DNA of 64,000 bases from Vicugna vicugna (Eukaryota), in NCBI GenBank assembly GCA_013265495.1, contig MU057887.1:3009576-3073575 (forward strand), read 5' to 3'. This document shows positions 22,997-36,749 of this stretch, in pieces. Every line of letters begins with the position of its first letter. Within the stretch, counting starts at the first letter, position 1. The position numbers were made by a program, and so were the translations under genes. The notes under the pieces are model-generated. The model saw only the letters and a program-made list of their open reading frames with translations, ran no database searches and was not told where the DNA came from.

Positions 22997-25900
22997 GTCC
23001 AGATGATGCTCACGCGTGCACAGCTTAGAGTCTCACCTCGAGTTAGGCATCAGATCAGAATTCAGCCTCAGGTCTCTCACACTGACCCCTCATCTGATTG
23101 TTCCCAGGACCAGCCCACCTTTAAGGCCCTTTCCCGTCGAGTGGACAGTCACCCCGAGCTCACGTTTCCTCTGAAGACTTGCCCTCTGAGAGCGAACATG
23201 GCCCAGACGCAGCCCGAATCCAGATCGGGGTGTGTGTTCCTCAGGCTCTGAGGGCCGGCTGTTTCACCCCAGCCAGGCAGCCCCACGGTCAGCATTACCC
23301 CCGAGAAGAGCAGGAGTGAGGCCGGCTCCACAGGCGGAATCTCGGGGCAGCGCCCGTCTTGCAGCGCTCGCTGCAGGTAGTCTGCTGTGTTTCGGCATTT
23401 CCCTCACAAACAGAAAATCTGTTAACTTGGTGAAAGACTTTAGTTTGTTTTCCACGTGTGGCAGCGAGGTACGCCGGGTAAATACGACACGGACTGCGGT
23501 CTGCCGTAAGCCCGAAGCCCACGGGTAACCCGCCACCTGTGGCTGGAGGAACACCCAAGGCTCACCGTGCGGGCTGGGGCCGGGCCCCCGCACGCGCCGC
23601 GCCGTGTTCTCCGTGTGACACCCCAGGGGAGCGTCAGAGTCAGGCCCTGTCCTGCGGGCGCTGCCTTGGGGTGCCCATCGGTGTCCCCAGGATATCAGGG
23701 TTAGGCTGGGTTAGAGAGGGTTGTTCAAAGCACAGGGTGAGGGACACACACGTGCCACCAGGCAGGCGGGGCTGTCACGCCAAGGCCCACATGGGCCCGT
23801 GGGGTACCCGTGGTGGCCACCTCCAGCAGATACGCCGCCGGGGGAAGGGCGAGGTGGAGCAGCCGCAGGGGCCTCGCTGTCACACCCGGCACCTCACCCA
23901 GCAGCCTCTGCTCTCCATCAGTGTCTTGCCCCCCCCGAATCTGCCAGGTCTGGTGCCCTGTCCCACTGCAGGGACGCTCTGTGCCTGGCCGCACACCTCT
24001 GCGGCTGAGTGTGGCTGCTCCCCGTCTAGACTGGCGACCTGGGCTCCGACGAACTTAACAGTGACACCAAGTGTCCCCTCTACTGGCTGACACCACTTCC
24101 CAGTCCTTGGATCTGCTGTCTCCCCCCAGGTCCAGTCAAGCATGAGGGTCAAAGTCTCCAGAGCCGGATCCCAGTCCTGAGCCCCGCGTGGGCCTCCCTC
24201 CTCCTCCCAGACTGCGTCAGGGCGCCTGCTTACCGGCGGGGACGCGCCTGCAGACCGGCAAGCTCTCCGAAGCTGAGGACACAGTCAGCGTGCTCCTGTG
24301 GCCCCAAAGCCAGCCCGCACCCCCTGCTTTCAGCCGGGGGCTTTCGGATTCACGGATGAGCCATGTGGCCACGCCCTGGGCTCACACCTGTGTGCCAGGG
24401 GATGCTCAGCCTCCATCAGTGAGCCCGGCCTGCTTGGACCGCAAGCTGCAGAGACGCCTCTCCCAGGCAGCGTTCCCCAGTGATGGGGTCCGTGTCTCTC
24501 CTGTCCGCTCCGCCCCTGGCCCAGGCACCCCCACCCTCTGGGTCTCAGGGAACTTCTTTTACCAGAAATGCTGAGGTGAAGAGGAAGGTGCGGAGAGAAA
24601 GGGGTTAAAGGCAGAATGACGGGAAGGGGGCGTCTGTGGGAGGGAGGCTGAGAAAGAGGCTAGAGAAGAAGCAGGCTAGGTGGAGACTGGGTCCCAGCGG
24701 GGCCGGAGGGCGGAGACCCCCATCATGGGGACGGAGCCCTCACTCCAGCCTGGACGCCGCCCCTCCCTGTGCACAGCAGCAGGCCAGGGTCCCCCAGCAC
24801 ACCCCCAGTCTCAGCCAGCCCCACCGCTTCCCAGCCGCCAGCCCAGCAGCCCGTCCTGCAGCCAGACACCGAGTTCGTCAAGGCTTCTGCCTGGGGTCCA
24901 GCCTCCCTGAGTCCCCAGATGGGGCTCACCCTCCGCAGCCGAGCCCGGGGTGGGCGGCACACTGTGTGCTCTAAGTGCCTCCTCGTTGAGCAGCCTCTCC
25001 GGGAGGGCACCCCCGTCTCCGCGTGGGGAGGCCGCTGCGCCACGGCTTAACGGGCTCCAGCGTTTGCTCTGGAACCCTTGGTGTTGACCCTTCACTGCGA
25101 CGGGTGTCAAAGAGAGACCTTGAGAACTTGCTCTGTAACTTAGCAGCGCTCACGGTAACACCCTTAACCCCTGCTCTCCACAGCCGGCGGGAAGCTCTCG
25201 GCCCCTCCAGCGCTCCCTGCATCTGGCAGCGGCGACTCTTTCCCGCACCGCCATCGATCCCACCGGTCAGCCGCGCCTTTGAAGGCCTTTGTCAATACTC
25301 GTGGCCAGTACCAGACCCAGTCGCTCCTTGGCCATGGTCTGGGGGCCAGGGCGCTGGGTGCTGGGCAGCTGTGGGCCCCTGGGGCTGGAGGAGCGCCCCC
25401 CTCCCGCACTGACAGCATCACTGTCTGGGCCCCGGCGGGCAGCTCTCCGGACAGGTGATGTGCCCGTCAGCCCTGTCTGCTGGGCACGGCCCTGTGCAAG
25501 CCTGGGCCCCCCTCCGAGGGAGGACACTGCCGGCGTGAGCCCCTCCCACCACAGCAGGGCCGTGACCTGGACTCTGCACTTCTCGCCTTGCAGCAGGACA
25601 CCTGAGGGACCAGACTAGACACTCACCAGGGACCCAGGCAAGGTGGGGAGCAGGACCACGATGTGAATGAACACACAAGCACTGTGAACACACGCACACG
25701 CGCTCACAAATTACATCCCTGGAAGGGCCTGGCTTGGGGCCCGCTCTGCTAAGGGTTGGATTCTGAAGACAAAGAAAGCCACCAGCTGTTTCAGTAACAA
25801 AGGTGTTGCGGCCATCAAGCCATCAGCCGCCCCCCACGCTCACCCTGGGGGGACGCGGGGTGGGAAAGCACAGGACGGTGGTCCTGGAGAGCTCAGTGCA

Positions 25901-27577
25901 GATCAGAGGGGTGATCGCAGGGAGCCCAGACCGCTGCACCGTCCCACACACAGAAAAGTGCTAAATTCCTTGAGATAACGGTTTTCTCTAAGTAAAAGTC
26001 ACCTTTTGATGTTCTGACTACCTGGCCTTTGTTGCAAAACGTCTGTATCTCCCGACCCCTCCCCTGCCTCTTAGGGCCGAGAGGCCGCCCCCCGGGTTCC
26101 AGTGCCCAGAAAGGCCGCCGGATAAAGCGCAGCCCTCTGCTTGTCCAACGTGCATCTTTTTCAGTCGACACACCCAGCTATTCTCCTTCCACTGCCCCAT
26201 CTGACACGCTAGTGGGCACCGAGGCTCCGTCCTCCTGGGGGGACACCAGCTGCTGCCGTGGCCTCCGTGGTAAACGCGCTGTCACGGTGGCATTCGGACG
26301 CATGTCCTTGCCCACAAGTGCGAGTCTTTCCCGGAGCAAGGAGAACGTGCATTTAACCTGGACACACTGGTCGGGTTGCCTCCGGGCAGCCTTGGCCCGA
26401 GCGCGTTCCTGCCGGAGGCTGGTTCCAAGGCCTGGCCGTCCGGCACCGACCCGGGCTCGGCCACACTCCCCCCACCCCCGCTGCCTCCCGCGGCCGGCTG
26501 TTCCTCCCGTCTCAGGACTTCGTCTTCCTCCCGCGCGTCCGGTCCCTTTCCCACTGTGCCGCCTTCCCCTGCGTGGCTCCTGACTCCCCGCGGGCAGCGG
26601 TCTTCGATTTTGCATAAATTGCAAGCATTTTCTCTGTTATGTCTCTTCGCATTGCTCACGAGGCCATTCTTATTGGACATTTTAATTTTCACATTGACAG
26701 ATCTGTCCTTGATGACAACCTCTGAGCTCTGTGCGTGAGTTCTGTGCTATTTATTGCGTGTGGAGTTAATGCTCCCTGATAGACCGTAATGGTTCACAAC
26801 AATTTATAAAACCATGATCTCAGCGCTATCTCTCAGCGCAACCTTCACCGCACGCGCGGGCCTTCCTCTGGCTTTGATTATTTTTTTCCAGTACATTTCT
26901 GTTTTCATTCCCGTGCTAACACACACATTATCTTTTGAGTTGACTGTTGCCTAGTTCTGCCTGATGCCTGATTGGAATCACTGCGTCATCCTTTGCCTGT
27001 ATTTTCACAGTTAGACTTGCCAACTTTCTACTTCATGTACATTTTAAGATTAAATTTCACAAGACGTGAAAATGGAATTTGATTGGAATTGAATGAAATT
27101 TCTATAGCAATTTGGGAAGCATGTGCATCCTGGCAGCACTCCCGCCGCCCCCCAAAAGCACTGTTTATGGTCCCTTCTAGACAGGCCTTCTCTTACGTCT
27201 TTTCAATAACGTGTGTAACTTTCTTAAATCTACACACTGCATTGCACATACTTGTGATTTTTCTGGGCAGTCTGAGCTTCCCTTTGTCAACGTGAACGTG
27301 GTAGGAGCGTGGGCGTGTGATAAAGCTGCTCCTGGCTGGGCTGTTTGGGGCTGACACCGGCCACATTCTGTGCTCCTAAAATAACTCTGGTAGTTTGTTT
27401 CTTCCAGTGGATTTTCCAGTTGTCCTCATTCTATCTGTAAATGATAATACACTTTTTTTAAAAAACTCCTTCCTTTCTAGGAAAGAAGCGGAGACGAATG
27501 TTCTCCCCTTCAGATGTGGAAGCACCGCAGGTTTTCAGGATTAATCAGAGCGCTCGCTGCAGGTGTGTGGTAGAATC

Positions 27578-27594
27578 ACACACACACACACACG
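27578..27594. repeat. (CA)n microsatellite
   Basis: cacacacacacacacac seen directly. Confidence 0.85.
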
Positions 27595-28258
27595 CTAAAG
27601 AAGAGACTTTGCATCATTAACCTGCTAAAACGTCTAAAGATCGGATGGGCGCTCCGTCTGTGGGATGCTTGGAGCGTTTATCAAGGTGCGCACAGGTGCC
27701 ATCCCCTCTGTGATCGGTCAATACGCGTGAACACATTTCCTGAACCTGAGGTGGCCTCGCGTTTCAGATTTGAGCCTTTTTGGTTGTGATGTATCGTCTT
27801 TTTAGTACCTTGTTGAAACAGCTCTCCGTCTCTCTCGGAAGCTCTAGAAGGCCCTGTCTGTGCAACGCGAGGTTCCGTAGAACGAACGCAGGTACCGTCT
27901 GGACCTGGTGCCTGAGAAAGGGGACCACTGATAGTTTTAGACTTACTTTTGATCATTTTCCTTTTGCAGCTAGTTTTATGCTCGTTAAGAGAATGTTTCT
28001 CATCTACATTTGTCTAAGTACATGCGTTTTCTATTTAGCTATAAAAATGCATCATTTAGATTTACCAGGTTTCTGTTACCAGCATTTCAAAAACGATCTC
28101 GTGGTTTCACAAAGATTCCTCGTTTCTCTTCATTTTCAGCTTTACTGGGACACAGACACTGTGTAATAAAGAGCCGTGTTTAAACTCTGCAGTTCGAGGC
28201 GTTCCAACAGCTGCCCACCCTGTGGGACGCGCACCGGGACCCAGGAGCCAGCTGTGCC

Positions 28259-28320
28259 GCTCCGTCCTCCGTCCTCCGTCCTCCGTCCTCCTTCCTCCAT
28301 CCTCCGTCCTCTGTCCTCCC
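28259..28320. repeat. (CCGTCCT)n 7-mer tandem repeat, about 8-9 units, pyrimidine-rich
   Basis: ctccgtcctccgtcctccgtcctccgtcctccttcctccatcctccgtcctctgtcctcc seen directly. Confidence 0.9.
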
Positions 28321-29759
28321 GGTGACCCGGCCCCGCCACCCTGCGCCCTCCTGCTGCTTCCGCCCGGGGCGCTAACACCATACATTTTTTTCCTCTTTTT
28401 GCTCTTTTCATAGAATCACGAGTCCCTGAGCTGCGCTTATATTTTTCAACACTTTTCTCCTTTCTGCTGTTCAAAATCATTTCGGTCAGAGTATTTTCAA
28501 GCCCATTTCTCCCTCTGCCATCACCTCGTCTTGGTATGGAGCCCGCCAAGTGAGAGTTTCACTTTGCTTACTGAAGAGTTTAGTTCTGAAACGTACATTT
28601 AATTCTTCTTCAGGCGTTCCCTTCCTTTGCCGATGCGCCGTCTTCCACTTGTTTCGAGAGGGTTCACCTTTACCTGCGGTGAGGACAGCTGCCCTGAAGC
28701 CATCCCCGTAGCTGCGTCTCCTTGGCTTTGACTTCTGCTTGTTGTTTCCGACTTGTGAGCTGATGTGTCCCCGGCACTCCGTGTGCCGAGTGACTTTAAA
28801 TTGCCTTCTGGGCCTTGTCAGCGTTGCCCTATGAGACTCGGACTGTTAGAGCCTAAGGGGAGTGTTGCTTCCTGTTGCTTTCGCTTGAACAGAAAACCCC
28901 AGATTGCTTTCAAGCCTCAGGTTCCAGCCTGTCTTTGTGGACCGTGGTCCCAGCGTCAGTCCTGTCCTCAAGCTCTTGCAGGGCCGCCCAGGTCAGCCCC
29001 ACGCCACCCCGCGGCCAGCTCGAGTCCTCAGCCTGGGGGTGCCCATCAGGGTCAGACCCACACAGTGCAGCTCAGAGCCCTCGGCTTGATTCACAGCTTC
29101 CTGGGTTCGCTTTCTTCGTCTCCTTCCCCATCACCATCCCTCCAGCACTTTCGAGCTCCCAGACGCCCCTCCTGGTCTGGCTGGAAGGTGGAGGCCGTGT
29201 TTCCCAGCTCTGTCACTCACTGGCTGTGACTCCATTTTCATCCAGGTGTTGGTGCCAGGAGGACAGAAGAGGAAGAGAACAGCGGGGACCCACTGTGCAC
29301 CCCTGGGGTCTCAACTCCTTGGATCAGAGAAGGGTCCCTCCCCAGGGTCCCAGGGGCCCCCCTGGCTGCCCCGCTGCCCCTGTCTGCTGCCGTCACCTCT
29401 GGTGTATTGCTTGTGGCTGAGAAGAGAGGACAGGGTGATGTTAAAAATAGGGCTCGTCCCCCCACCCTGGTCCTTACAAGCCCCCTCACCCCCCGCACCC
29501 GCTGTCTTGGAGCTCCTTCTCTTTGTGCTCAGTGTGCCCCTCCCAGTTTCTCCAAGTTTCGTGCCCCCCTCGTCCCCAAGCCGGGTGACACCCAGGGGGA
29601 CATGGCGAGCTCACGGGTTCTGCAGGACCTTGAGTTCTGGTCTCCGCCACCAGCTCACCTGCTGCCACCTGCCTGCCGGCGTCCCCGGGGCGCCGCTCCA
29701 GGCAGCCTGTCCGGGACCTGCAGCGGGGCGGGCAGGGCGCAGCCCGCTCACGCCGCCTC

Positions 29760-30650
29760 GCCTGGAGCCCAGTGCATGTAAGTGCAATCTTCATCTTTAT
29801 TTCTGCTCTTACGAGAATGGCCGGACGTCTCTTCCCATGACGAAGAGCACCTTGCATTTATTTCCTGTGTTCATGGCCCCGGTGGATCTTCCTGACCGGG
29901 TTCAGTCTTTCTTCTTCATTGTTGCGAAAGCCGTCCAGGTACTGCGCGCCCCGCTCCAGCTGGGATGCGCCGCGCGCGGCTCCCCCGTCTGCTCTGCGCC
30001 ATTGTACTTTGCTTGTGGTACTTCTTCCCTGCAACATGGTTTATACGCATTCCAGGTAGCGCTCCGTGTTGCACCAAACTCATCGCACTTCTTCTGGGTT
30101 TGTGGGCTGCTTTCCTACACTTCTCAAGAGTTGGAATTTATCCTCATTTAAAGTGTGGGAAGAGGCTCCAGCTTTCCATGCGGTTGCCCAGTTCCCCAGA
30201 GCTACTCCTAGAAGCCCGCACTTCTTCTGGTGCTGGGGACGCACACACATTTCAGCATGCAAGTGTGTCTACTTCTGGCTTTTTCTATCTCCCCCATCAG
30301 CCTGTCTGTCGCTGCGCTGACACCTTCCTCTCGTCATCACAGAGGACCGCGCTGTGCTTTCGTATCTGACGGGCCAGCCCTCCACCCACTGTGCCTGTAT
30401 TTCAGGGTTTTCTTGACTCCTTCTTTTCCTTAATAACCTTTGTGAGCAGCTTGCCCACCTCCAGAAACAAAAGCAGAGAATTTTATGAAAACCTAAGGAA
30501 AAGTTGCATTATTTGTAATTGAGAGTTTTCTGTCCTAAGATACTGTATCTTCCCTGTTTTTCAAGTTTCCATTTGCGGGATTGTTTCACACCATCCTTCA
30601 TTTAAAAAAAGCAGGTTAAGTTAATTGCTTTGGCCCTGCTTGCCGTGAGT
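29760..30650 (-). mobile_element. Degenerate L1M ORF2 3' fragment
   Basis: gcatttatttcctgtgttcatggcc; ttctcaagagttggaatttatcctcatttaaagtgtggg; gcattatttgtaattgagagttttctgtcc resemble reverse-strand L1 ORF2. Confidence 0.6.
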
Positions 30651-31424
30651 GGCCACCGGGTAAGAGGAGGACCAGAGGGCGTGGGCCCAGGCGGGCGCGT
30701 CCCGCTCTTGTCAGAGCAGGGCTGCAGAGCCCTCGCGGGGGCCCCTTTGACTCTCCAGTCGGCCACCCCCCAGCTGGTCCACAACGGGCGACTACCTTAC
30801 CTTCTCTGTGCCGCAGACCCTCATCTGCAGACGGGAATTAAGACCTCTTCACTCGATGCTCAGTTTCTTCCTGCATCTAATCCGTCCCCTCGTCTTTGTC
30901 GCGTTCACATCCCCGTCCTCAGCCTTTTCAAGTCGTGTTTTCGAAGTCGACGCTCTCTGGGAAGCGCGGTGCAGAGCCCGGTGTTCCTCCCCTTCCCAGC
31001 ACAGGGTGCACCCTACCTCCCCACTGCGAGTTAAAAGGATAGACCGAACGTCATGCTGGCATTTGAGGTTCTGTTAGTTTAGCCTTATTCCTGAAGGAGA
31101 CAGTGCATGCATTTACGTAACTGGATTCTTATCTGAAGGAAACAGAACTTGCTAAACTTCTGAGGGTTACTTGCCGTTAGTAAACACTTTCCTTTCCGCA
31201 GTGTTTCAGGTAATGGCTTCAGCTAAGCACGGCCAAGAAAGGCGCTGCAGCGCGCCCTCCCCAGCCACTTCCCGTGCGCTCCCGGGCGGTGTTCCGCGCG
31301 GTCAGGAAAGCGGTGAGACCCAGCCCCAGACCTGTTTAGGACGTCACTAAACTGCTGTCGTTAACTATAACGTAATGGAAACCCTGTCATGCTTTCACTC
31401 CGCAGATACTTACCCAGAGTCAGC

Positions 31425-31688
31425 TTTGATGGTGTGAAGAAATGCAGCTGGTTTCCGCGTGTTAATCTTGCATCCTGCTACCTTGCCGAGTTCTTTTAAC
31501 AGCTCTGGTCGTTTCCGTGGGGAGCTTTTAGGGTTTTCTATACATAGCATCGTGTCTCCTGCACGTGGTGACAGTTTCACCTCTTCTCTTCCAAGTGGGA
31601 CCCCTTTCGTTTCTCTCTCTTGCCTTGATTGCCGTGGCTAGGACTTCCAAGACTATGCTGAATGGAAGTGGTGAGAGTGGGCTTCCTA
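31425..31688 (-). mobile_element. L1 ORF2 reverse-transcriptase fragment
   Basis: The minus-strand translation SPLSPLPFSIVLEVLATAIKARERNERG...RRHDAMYRKP matches the L1 RT motif [26 protein letters not shown]...ADDMIVYLENP. Confidence 0.9.
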
Positions 31689-34451
31689 AAGAAAACAGAT
31701 AAATAAATAAATTAAATGCCACATCTTCAAAACAAAAAAGGGCCCGCTTTGCATGCACTCGCTGGCTGCGTGGCGGGAGTGGGGAGCAGCCACAGGTGGC
31801 ACGTGAGGCACGGGCTGGCTTCTGGGCGCTTGCGTCCCGGCGGTCGGGGGGACCAGTCTCACGACCACATGACCAGGTCGCTCACCCATCTCAGTGGTTA
31901 TTTCCTATCGTTCATCTGTCACGTGCTGTCTGCCTGGCGTTTGGACCTGGGCCTGGCCTTCGATATCAGCCCGTGGGTGGGACAGTCAGTCCCTGCTCAG
32001 CGTTAACAGCAAACCCACAGGCACGAAAGGATGAAGTCCTGCTGAGGGCTTGGAGGGACAAGGACGGGGAAGCTCCAAGGTAAGAACGTGTGGAGGAGAG
32101 GTCGTGCCCCGTGGAGGACAGACATCAGCCCTGGCCAAGGTGCTGACACTCACAGGGGCCGGAGGGAGCCCACCAGGTGAGCACCCTGAAAGGAGGGGGG
32201 GGCCCTGACCCAGGCTGGGTCTGGGAGCAAGTGCGAGAAAGTCGCGTCCTACAGCAGCTCAGCGCACGCGCCCAGCCTCAGCGCTCGGACCACTGGGGCC
32301 CTGTCCCGTCCAGCCCAGGGTGCGCCTGGTTCTTCCTGCTCCCCGTCACCTCCTCACCCACGGACATGCACTGACGCAGACGCCGTCCCAGCCCGCCTGC
32401 CTCTGGGGGAGGCGCTGAGAGGTCCAGGACTCCAGTCCCGCGTGGGGTTGCTCTCAGAGGGGCAGGGCCGCGCCATCAGTGTCCAGGCCGCTGGGGCCCG
32501 GCAGAGGCGCATGGGTGGGCACGTGGCAGACAGGACCTCAGTCACCCCCTTCAGCCCTCCCGGCCTTCGCTGTCTGGCAGGACACCCGGCCCAGGCCGAC
32601 CCCCAGCTCCTCTGCACGGAAGCTCTTTGCACCATTGTGTAAATATTTGTGTGTTGCCCATGCAGACACTGCAGGTGTCACGTATGCCTTTCAATAGGGA
32701 CGCTTTACCCAAGTACCCCCGAATCACCGCCAGAGGCACCCAGGCTGCACCTTAGCAGCCAAGCGTGGATGCAGCCACGCACGGCCCCTGTGTTCTGCTC
32801 TCCGATGCGAGGCAGGGTAGGGTGTGGGGGCCCCGGGGGCACTGCCGTCCAGAGCCCAGGGTGGGCTTCCAGCTCCGCCCCTTCCCTGGGCTTTGCCAGA
32901 CCACAGCCCCAGTGTCCTAGCCCTGGAGACGGCCAAGGCAGCCCTGGGGCCGTGCTGAGCATTGAATATCCGACAAAGGACAGCGCAGGGCCTGCGTCCG
33001 TGGTCCTGGAAGGCGGCAGCGCCTGCTGTCTCTGCGGAAAGTTGTCCGATCGACCAGGCTTGGCCCCATTCAGCACCATCAGGGAAGCCTGAGGCTTCAA
33101 ATTCAAGAAGGCTGTGAGGTGCATGTGCACATGTGTGCACACACGTGACACGTGTTGGTGGCAGCACGTGTGTGATGGACGAGGATGCTCAGGGATTTGA
33201 GACACGGTCTCCCCCGCCTCGGAGCAACCACGTTCTGCCCAACGGGTGGGCTGTGTATCTAACACAGCTCTTAGCAGCCACTTTCCCTGTTGGCAAAGCT
33301 CAGAAATGTCACTTCCTCTGTTAGAAAATGACAATCCGGCTGCAAGGAACGCTGTGGCCGGTGGAACACCCTGGGGAGGGCGGTTATGTGCCGCGTCCCT
33401 CATGGGCACCGTGGACTCTGAAACTTGCTGGGAAAAAACGGGAAGAAATGAGGACCACTCTCCTCGCCCCAGTGTGCCCCAGCGCCGTGGGCGCCAGAAC
33501 AGGTCTGCTCCCAGAAGGACCAGACCCCGGGGCGCAGGGCGGGGGGCAGACGTTGCCCCAGGGGAGCAGTTCCAGCAAAGCAGGCAGCGGTTTCCACCTG
33601 AAGCCCAGTGCCCGCGTGAGTGTGTGCGTGTGAGGGGGGTGCGGGGAGGGAGGGACGGAGGCCGGCAGCATTTGCCTCTTATCTCTAACGGGCTCAGATC
33701 TGGGCGCATGAATCTGGCGCCGACTGGCCCGCTGGGGCTGAAGTTCGCACTGGCAGTGGGGCCCCCCACGCCCCCTGTGCTGCCTGAGACGGGCCTGGCC
33801 TCACCCCCACGTGAGTCGTGATGCAGGTGTGCCCGTGGGTCCCTGTGCCCCAGACCTGGGCAGAGGACACAGCTGGCCTCACTGGACACCTGGACTCTCG
33901 CGGACCTTTCCTGGGAAGATGGGGGTGGCTCTTGGTGCCACCAGTGACAAGTCTGGGTAGGAACCAAAGGCGGGCCCAGCAGAGTGTGGCCTCCTGACGG
34001 CTGGCTGGCCTCTGCAGAGCGAGGGAACCGTGCTCTGTAAAGCCGGCCGCTGGCCTGGTCTTCTCTCTGGGACTCCAGGCCCCTGGTCTCAGGCGGCGGG
34101 ACGGGGTCTTCGGCTCGCCCTGGAGGGACCTCATGGGTGGGTGTCAGCCCTGCAGGGGATGAGCCAGGCGGGTGAGTGTCCAGGAGCTCAGGCGCCTCCA
34201 ATCTAGAAACTTCTCTGAGGTCGTGGTTCCTGCTGGTGGGTTCATAGAGGGAGGAGAGGTGAGGCCACTCAGGCTGCAGCCAGAGCTGTCTCCCTTCAGC
34301 CCCAGCAGGGGACCAGGGACCAGGGAAGCGAGGCAGGGACCAGGATGACAGCATGAGGCCCCCCCACCATCGGATAGGCCAGCCCCATGGGGGTGGGATG
34401 CTCCTGGCCGAGGAGGTGGGCTAGCCCGGCAGGAGTCTGGGTTAGGCTCTG

Positions 34452-34864
34452 GGTACCAGTTTCTTGAAGCTGCTGCAACGAAGCACCGCGAACTGGGGGC
34501 CTTAAAGGAACAGAAATTCATTCTCCCACAGTCAGGAAGCCAGAGTCCCAGGCCAAGGTGTGGGCAGGGCCATGCTCTCTCTGATCCCCCGGAAGAGGGT
34601 CCTGCCCATCTCTTCCAGCTTCTCACATCCCCGGGTGCTCCTGGACCGTGGATACACCACTCCAGACTCCCGGGGGCCCCTCCCTCTTCCCGGGGCCCCT
34701 CCCTCTCCTGCCTCTGATAAGGACACTGGTCGTGGGATTAGGGCTCAGCCTGACCCAGGACGACCGCATCTTGAGGTTACATCTGCAAGAACCCCTTTCC
34801 CAAACAAAGCCACCTTCACAGTTTCGGAGGGGCTGTATCTTCGGGGCCCCCACTCAGCCCCCAC
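34452..34864 (-). mobile_element. MaLR LTR, MLT1C-like, near full length
   Basis: taccagtttcttgaagctgctgcaacgaagcaccgcgaactggggg...cagaaattcattctcccacagt...ggattagggctcagcc...acatctgcaagaaccc...ccaaacaaagccaccttc is the reverse MLT1C pattern. Confidence 0.8.
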
Positions 34865-36329
34865 GTGGCACATGAGCTATGCACCTTGAGAGAGCCAGTC
34901 CTGCATCCTCTCTGCTTCCTGCTCTGGAAATGGCCACAAATAGCGTCCCAGGCCGGCTCGCAGGGAGGACGGCCCCCAGCAAGGGGCTGCTGGGTTTCCA
35001 TGACCGTGGACGTTCCCAGAGGGTTCTGGATGTGCTTGGGATTTCCTTTGCCAGAAACAAGAGTCCAGGGGGTGCTGGGAGCTACGCCATCTCCATTCCG
35101 TCTGTGGGAAGGCTGCCTCACTGCCCTGCTGGGGAGGGACAAGGGGCGAGAATGCCCAGTGCTGGACGGATGGCCATTCAGAACATCCTGCAGGGACAGT
35201 CATTCTGACTGGGTGCCAGCTGCCTGTCCTCCCTGTAGGTCAGATCGGAAAGGAACGAGAAAAACACTAAATACCCAAACTTGGCATCCGCCGTGAGCAT
35301 TAGATGCTTTGGATATTGTACAACCTTGTTTTGCAAGTGATGCCAGGAGGGTCCGGGAGCTGCCCGCGTGCCGGCCCCGGGGCTCCAGCTGCAGAACGTT
35401 TCTACTGCTTCTCCTCCTCCCGCCGCCCTGGGGTCCCTCCGACTGCGCTGCACACCCAGGATGTCATTTCTGCACCGCGGTCTTACTGTTCTTTCCTGAG
35501 CAGCGCTTTCTGCTCTGCAGGTTTGCGAGCTCCCAGCCGAGCCTGGGGAGGGGGCGCAGCTCAGGGGGGCTCAGGACACTCCTAGGAAACCTGCGTGGGG
35601 AGCGTAGATTTGGAAGACCCCCCCAAACCTGAGCACAGAGACCAGCCCCCCCAGCCGGCCCTCGGAGGAGGGCACCGGGGGCACTGCTGCCTGCCCTTAG
35701 ACGCCGAACGGCGGCGCTCCCCGGGGCCTCCCTGGAACGGGGCCTCACCACTGCCCGCAGGGCGCTGCTGGTCGGGGGCTGTCCTCAGGCTGACGTGGCT
35801 GGGGTGACCTGCAGACCGCAAGCCCCGGGCCCTGAAGCCGGGCAGCCCCTCCTCGACTTGGCGGTCAGCCTTGCCGGAGGGTTTCCTGACAGCAGGTGCT
35901 TAGCTGGAGACCTGCTCTGTTACATCAGGAACCCTTCTTGGGATCTTTCTGTGAAGCTGGTGCAGGCCCCCGAAAGCAGGCGACCGGGGAAGGGCCTCTC
36001 CTGAGGGCTGTGGGCCGGGCGGGGGCCTGCGCCTGTCAGTCTGGAGGGGCCTGGGGCACAGGGCTGGCCTGCTGCTGCCGTTTGTCGCTGCTGTCACCAC
36101 GTGGACAGGGGGTTCTCTGTGAGAAGAAGCCCTCCCCAGGGCTGGTCACACCAGCCCTGCTGGGTCCCGGTGTGGGTCCCAGCCCCTGAAGCCCCACACA
36201 GTGCTCCTGGCTCCCTGTGGATGGCTGTCCTCTGCCCCAGATGGAGACCTGGGCTGGGGTCCCTAGGTGGGTGGCCGCTGCATCTTGCCTTGAGCCCAGA
36301 GGAGGCCGGTTTGGTTCTCCCCTGCACCT

Positions 36330-36730
36330 CCCGCTGGTGCTCCCTCTTCCCTCAGAGCTGTGTCCCAGAGCCTCCGGGCCTGGACGTGCCTCAGGGCCTT
36401 TGCACTGCTGTAAACTCCCCAGAGGCGTCTTATTCTCCTGTTGTTTGCGTGTCCACTCCAGCCTTCATCCTGCACAATTTACTCTCTGGGAAGCCCCTCA
36501 CTCACCCGTCCATGTCCAGAATCCAACCACAGGCCTCCTCTCCCTTCCCTCCTGCTTTGTTCCCTCCTAGCTGCCATCTAAAGAGCTGTCTCCTCCAGGG
36601 TTTACTTCGTCCAGGCTCTGCCCCTCCTCTTGAAGGGAACCCTCCTGAGGGTGGGGTTCTGCTCCTTTTTGCTCACGACTGGGTTCCCTGCCTCAGAACA
36701 GGGCTGGTGCACAGTAAGAACCCTAGGATG
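36330..36730 (+). mobile_element. L2 LINE 3' end remnant
   Basis: cagggcctttgcactgctg; ctcctgagggtggggttctgctcc...gctcacgactgggttccctgcctcagaacagggctggtgcacagtaag resemble the L2 3' terminus. Confidence 0.55.
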
Positions 36731-36749
36731 TGGTGGAGGACGGAGCAGG

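Larger units (their letters stand above)
26150..28700 (-). mobile_element. Degenerate L1M (ORF2 3' part and 3' end), interrupted by simple repeats
   Basis: T-rich + strand with reverse L1 motifs (ttgattggaattgaatgaaatttctatagcaatttgggaag; ctatctgtaaatgataatac; ttttgatcattttccttttgcagc); boundaries approximate. Confidence 0.65.

Noticed and set aside
25890-26060. Possible MER58B-like DNA transposon
   Set aside because: Only a short partial resemblance on the minus strand; not enough to call.
29441-29450. Isolated MEF2 site ttaaaaatag and a window-wide muscle-enhancer signature
   Set aside because: An identical 10-mer occurs inside the L1 at 10431-10440, and total CArG/MEF2 counts are near chance expectation, so no global muscle signature is claimed.
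29246-30151. 301-aa plus-strand ORF
   Set aside because: Runs antisense through an L1 remnant and GC-rich flank; no homology recognised.
32705-34354. 549-aa minus-strand ORF, the longest in the track
   Set aside because: Pro/Gly/Arg/Ser-rich with no recognisable domain and overlapped by many ORFs in other frames; expected in stop-poor GC-rich DNA.
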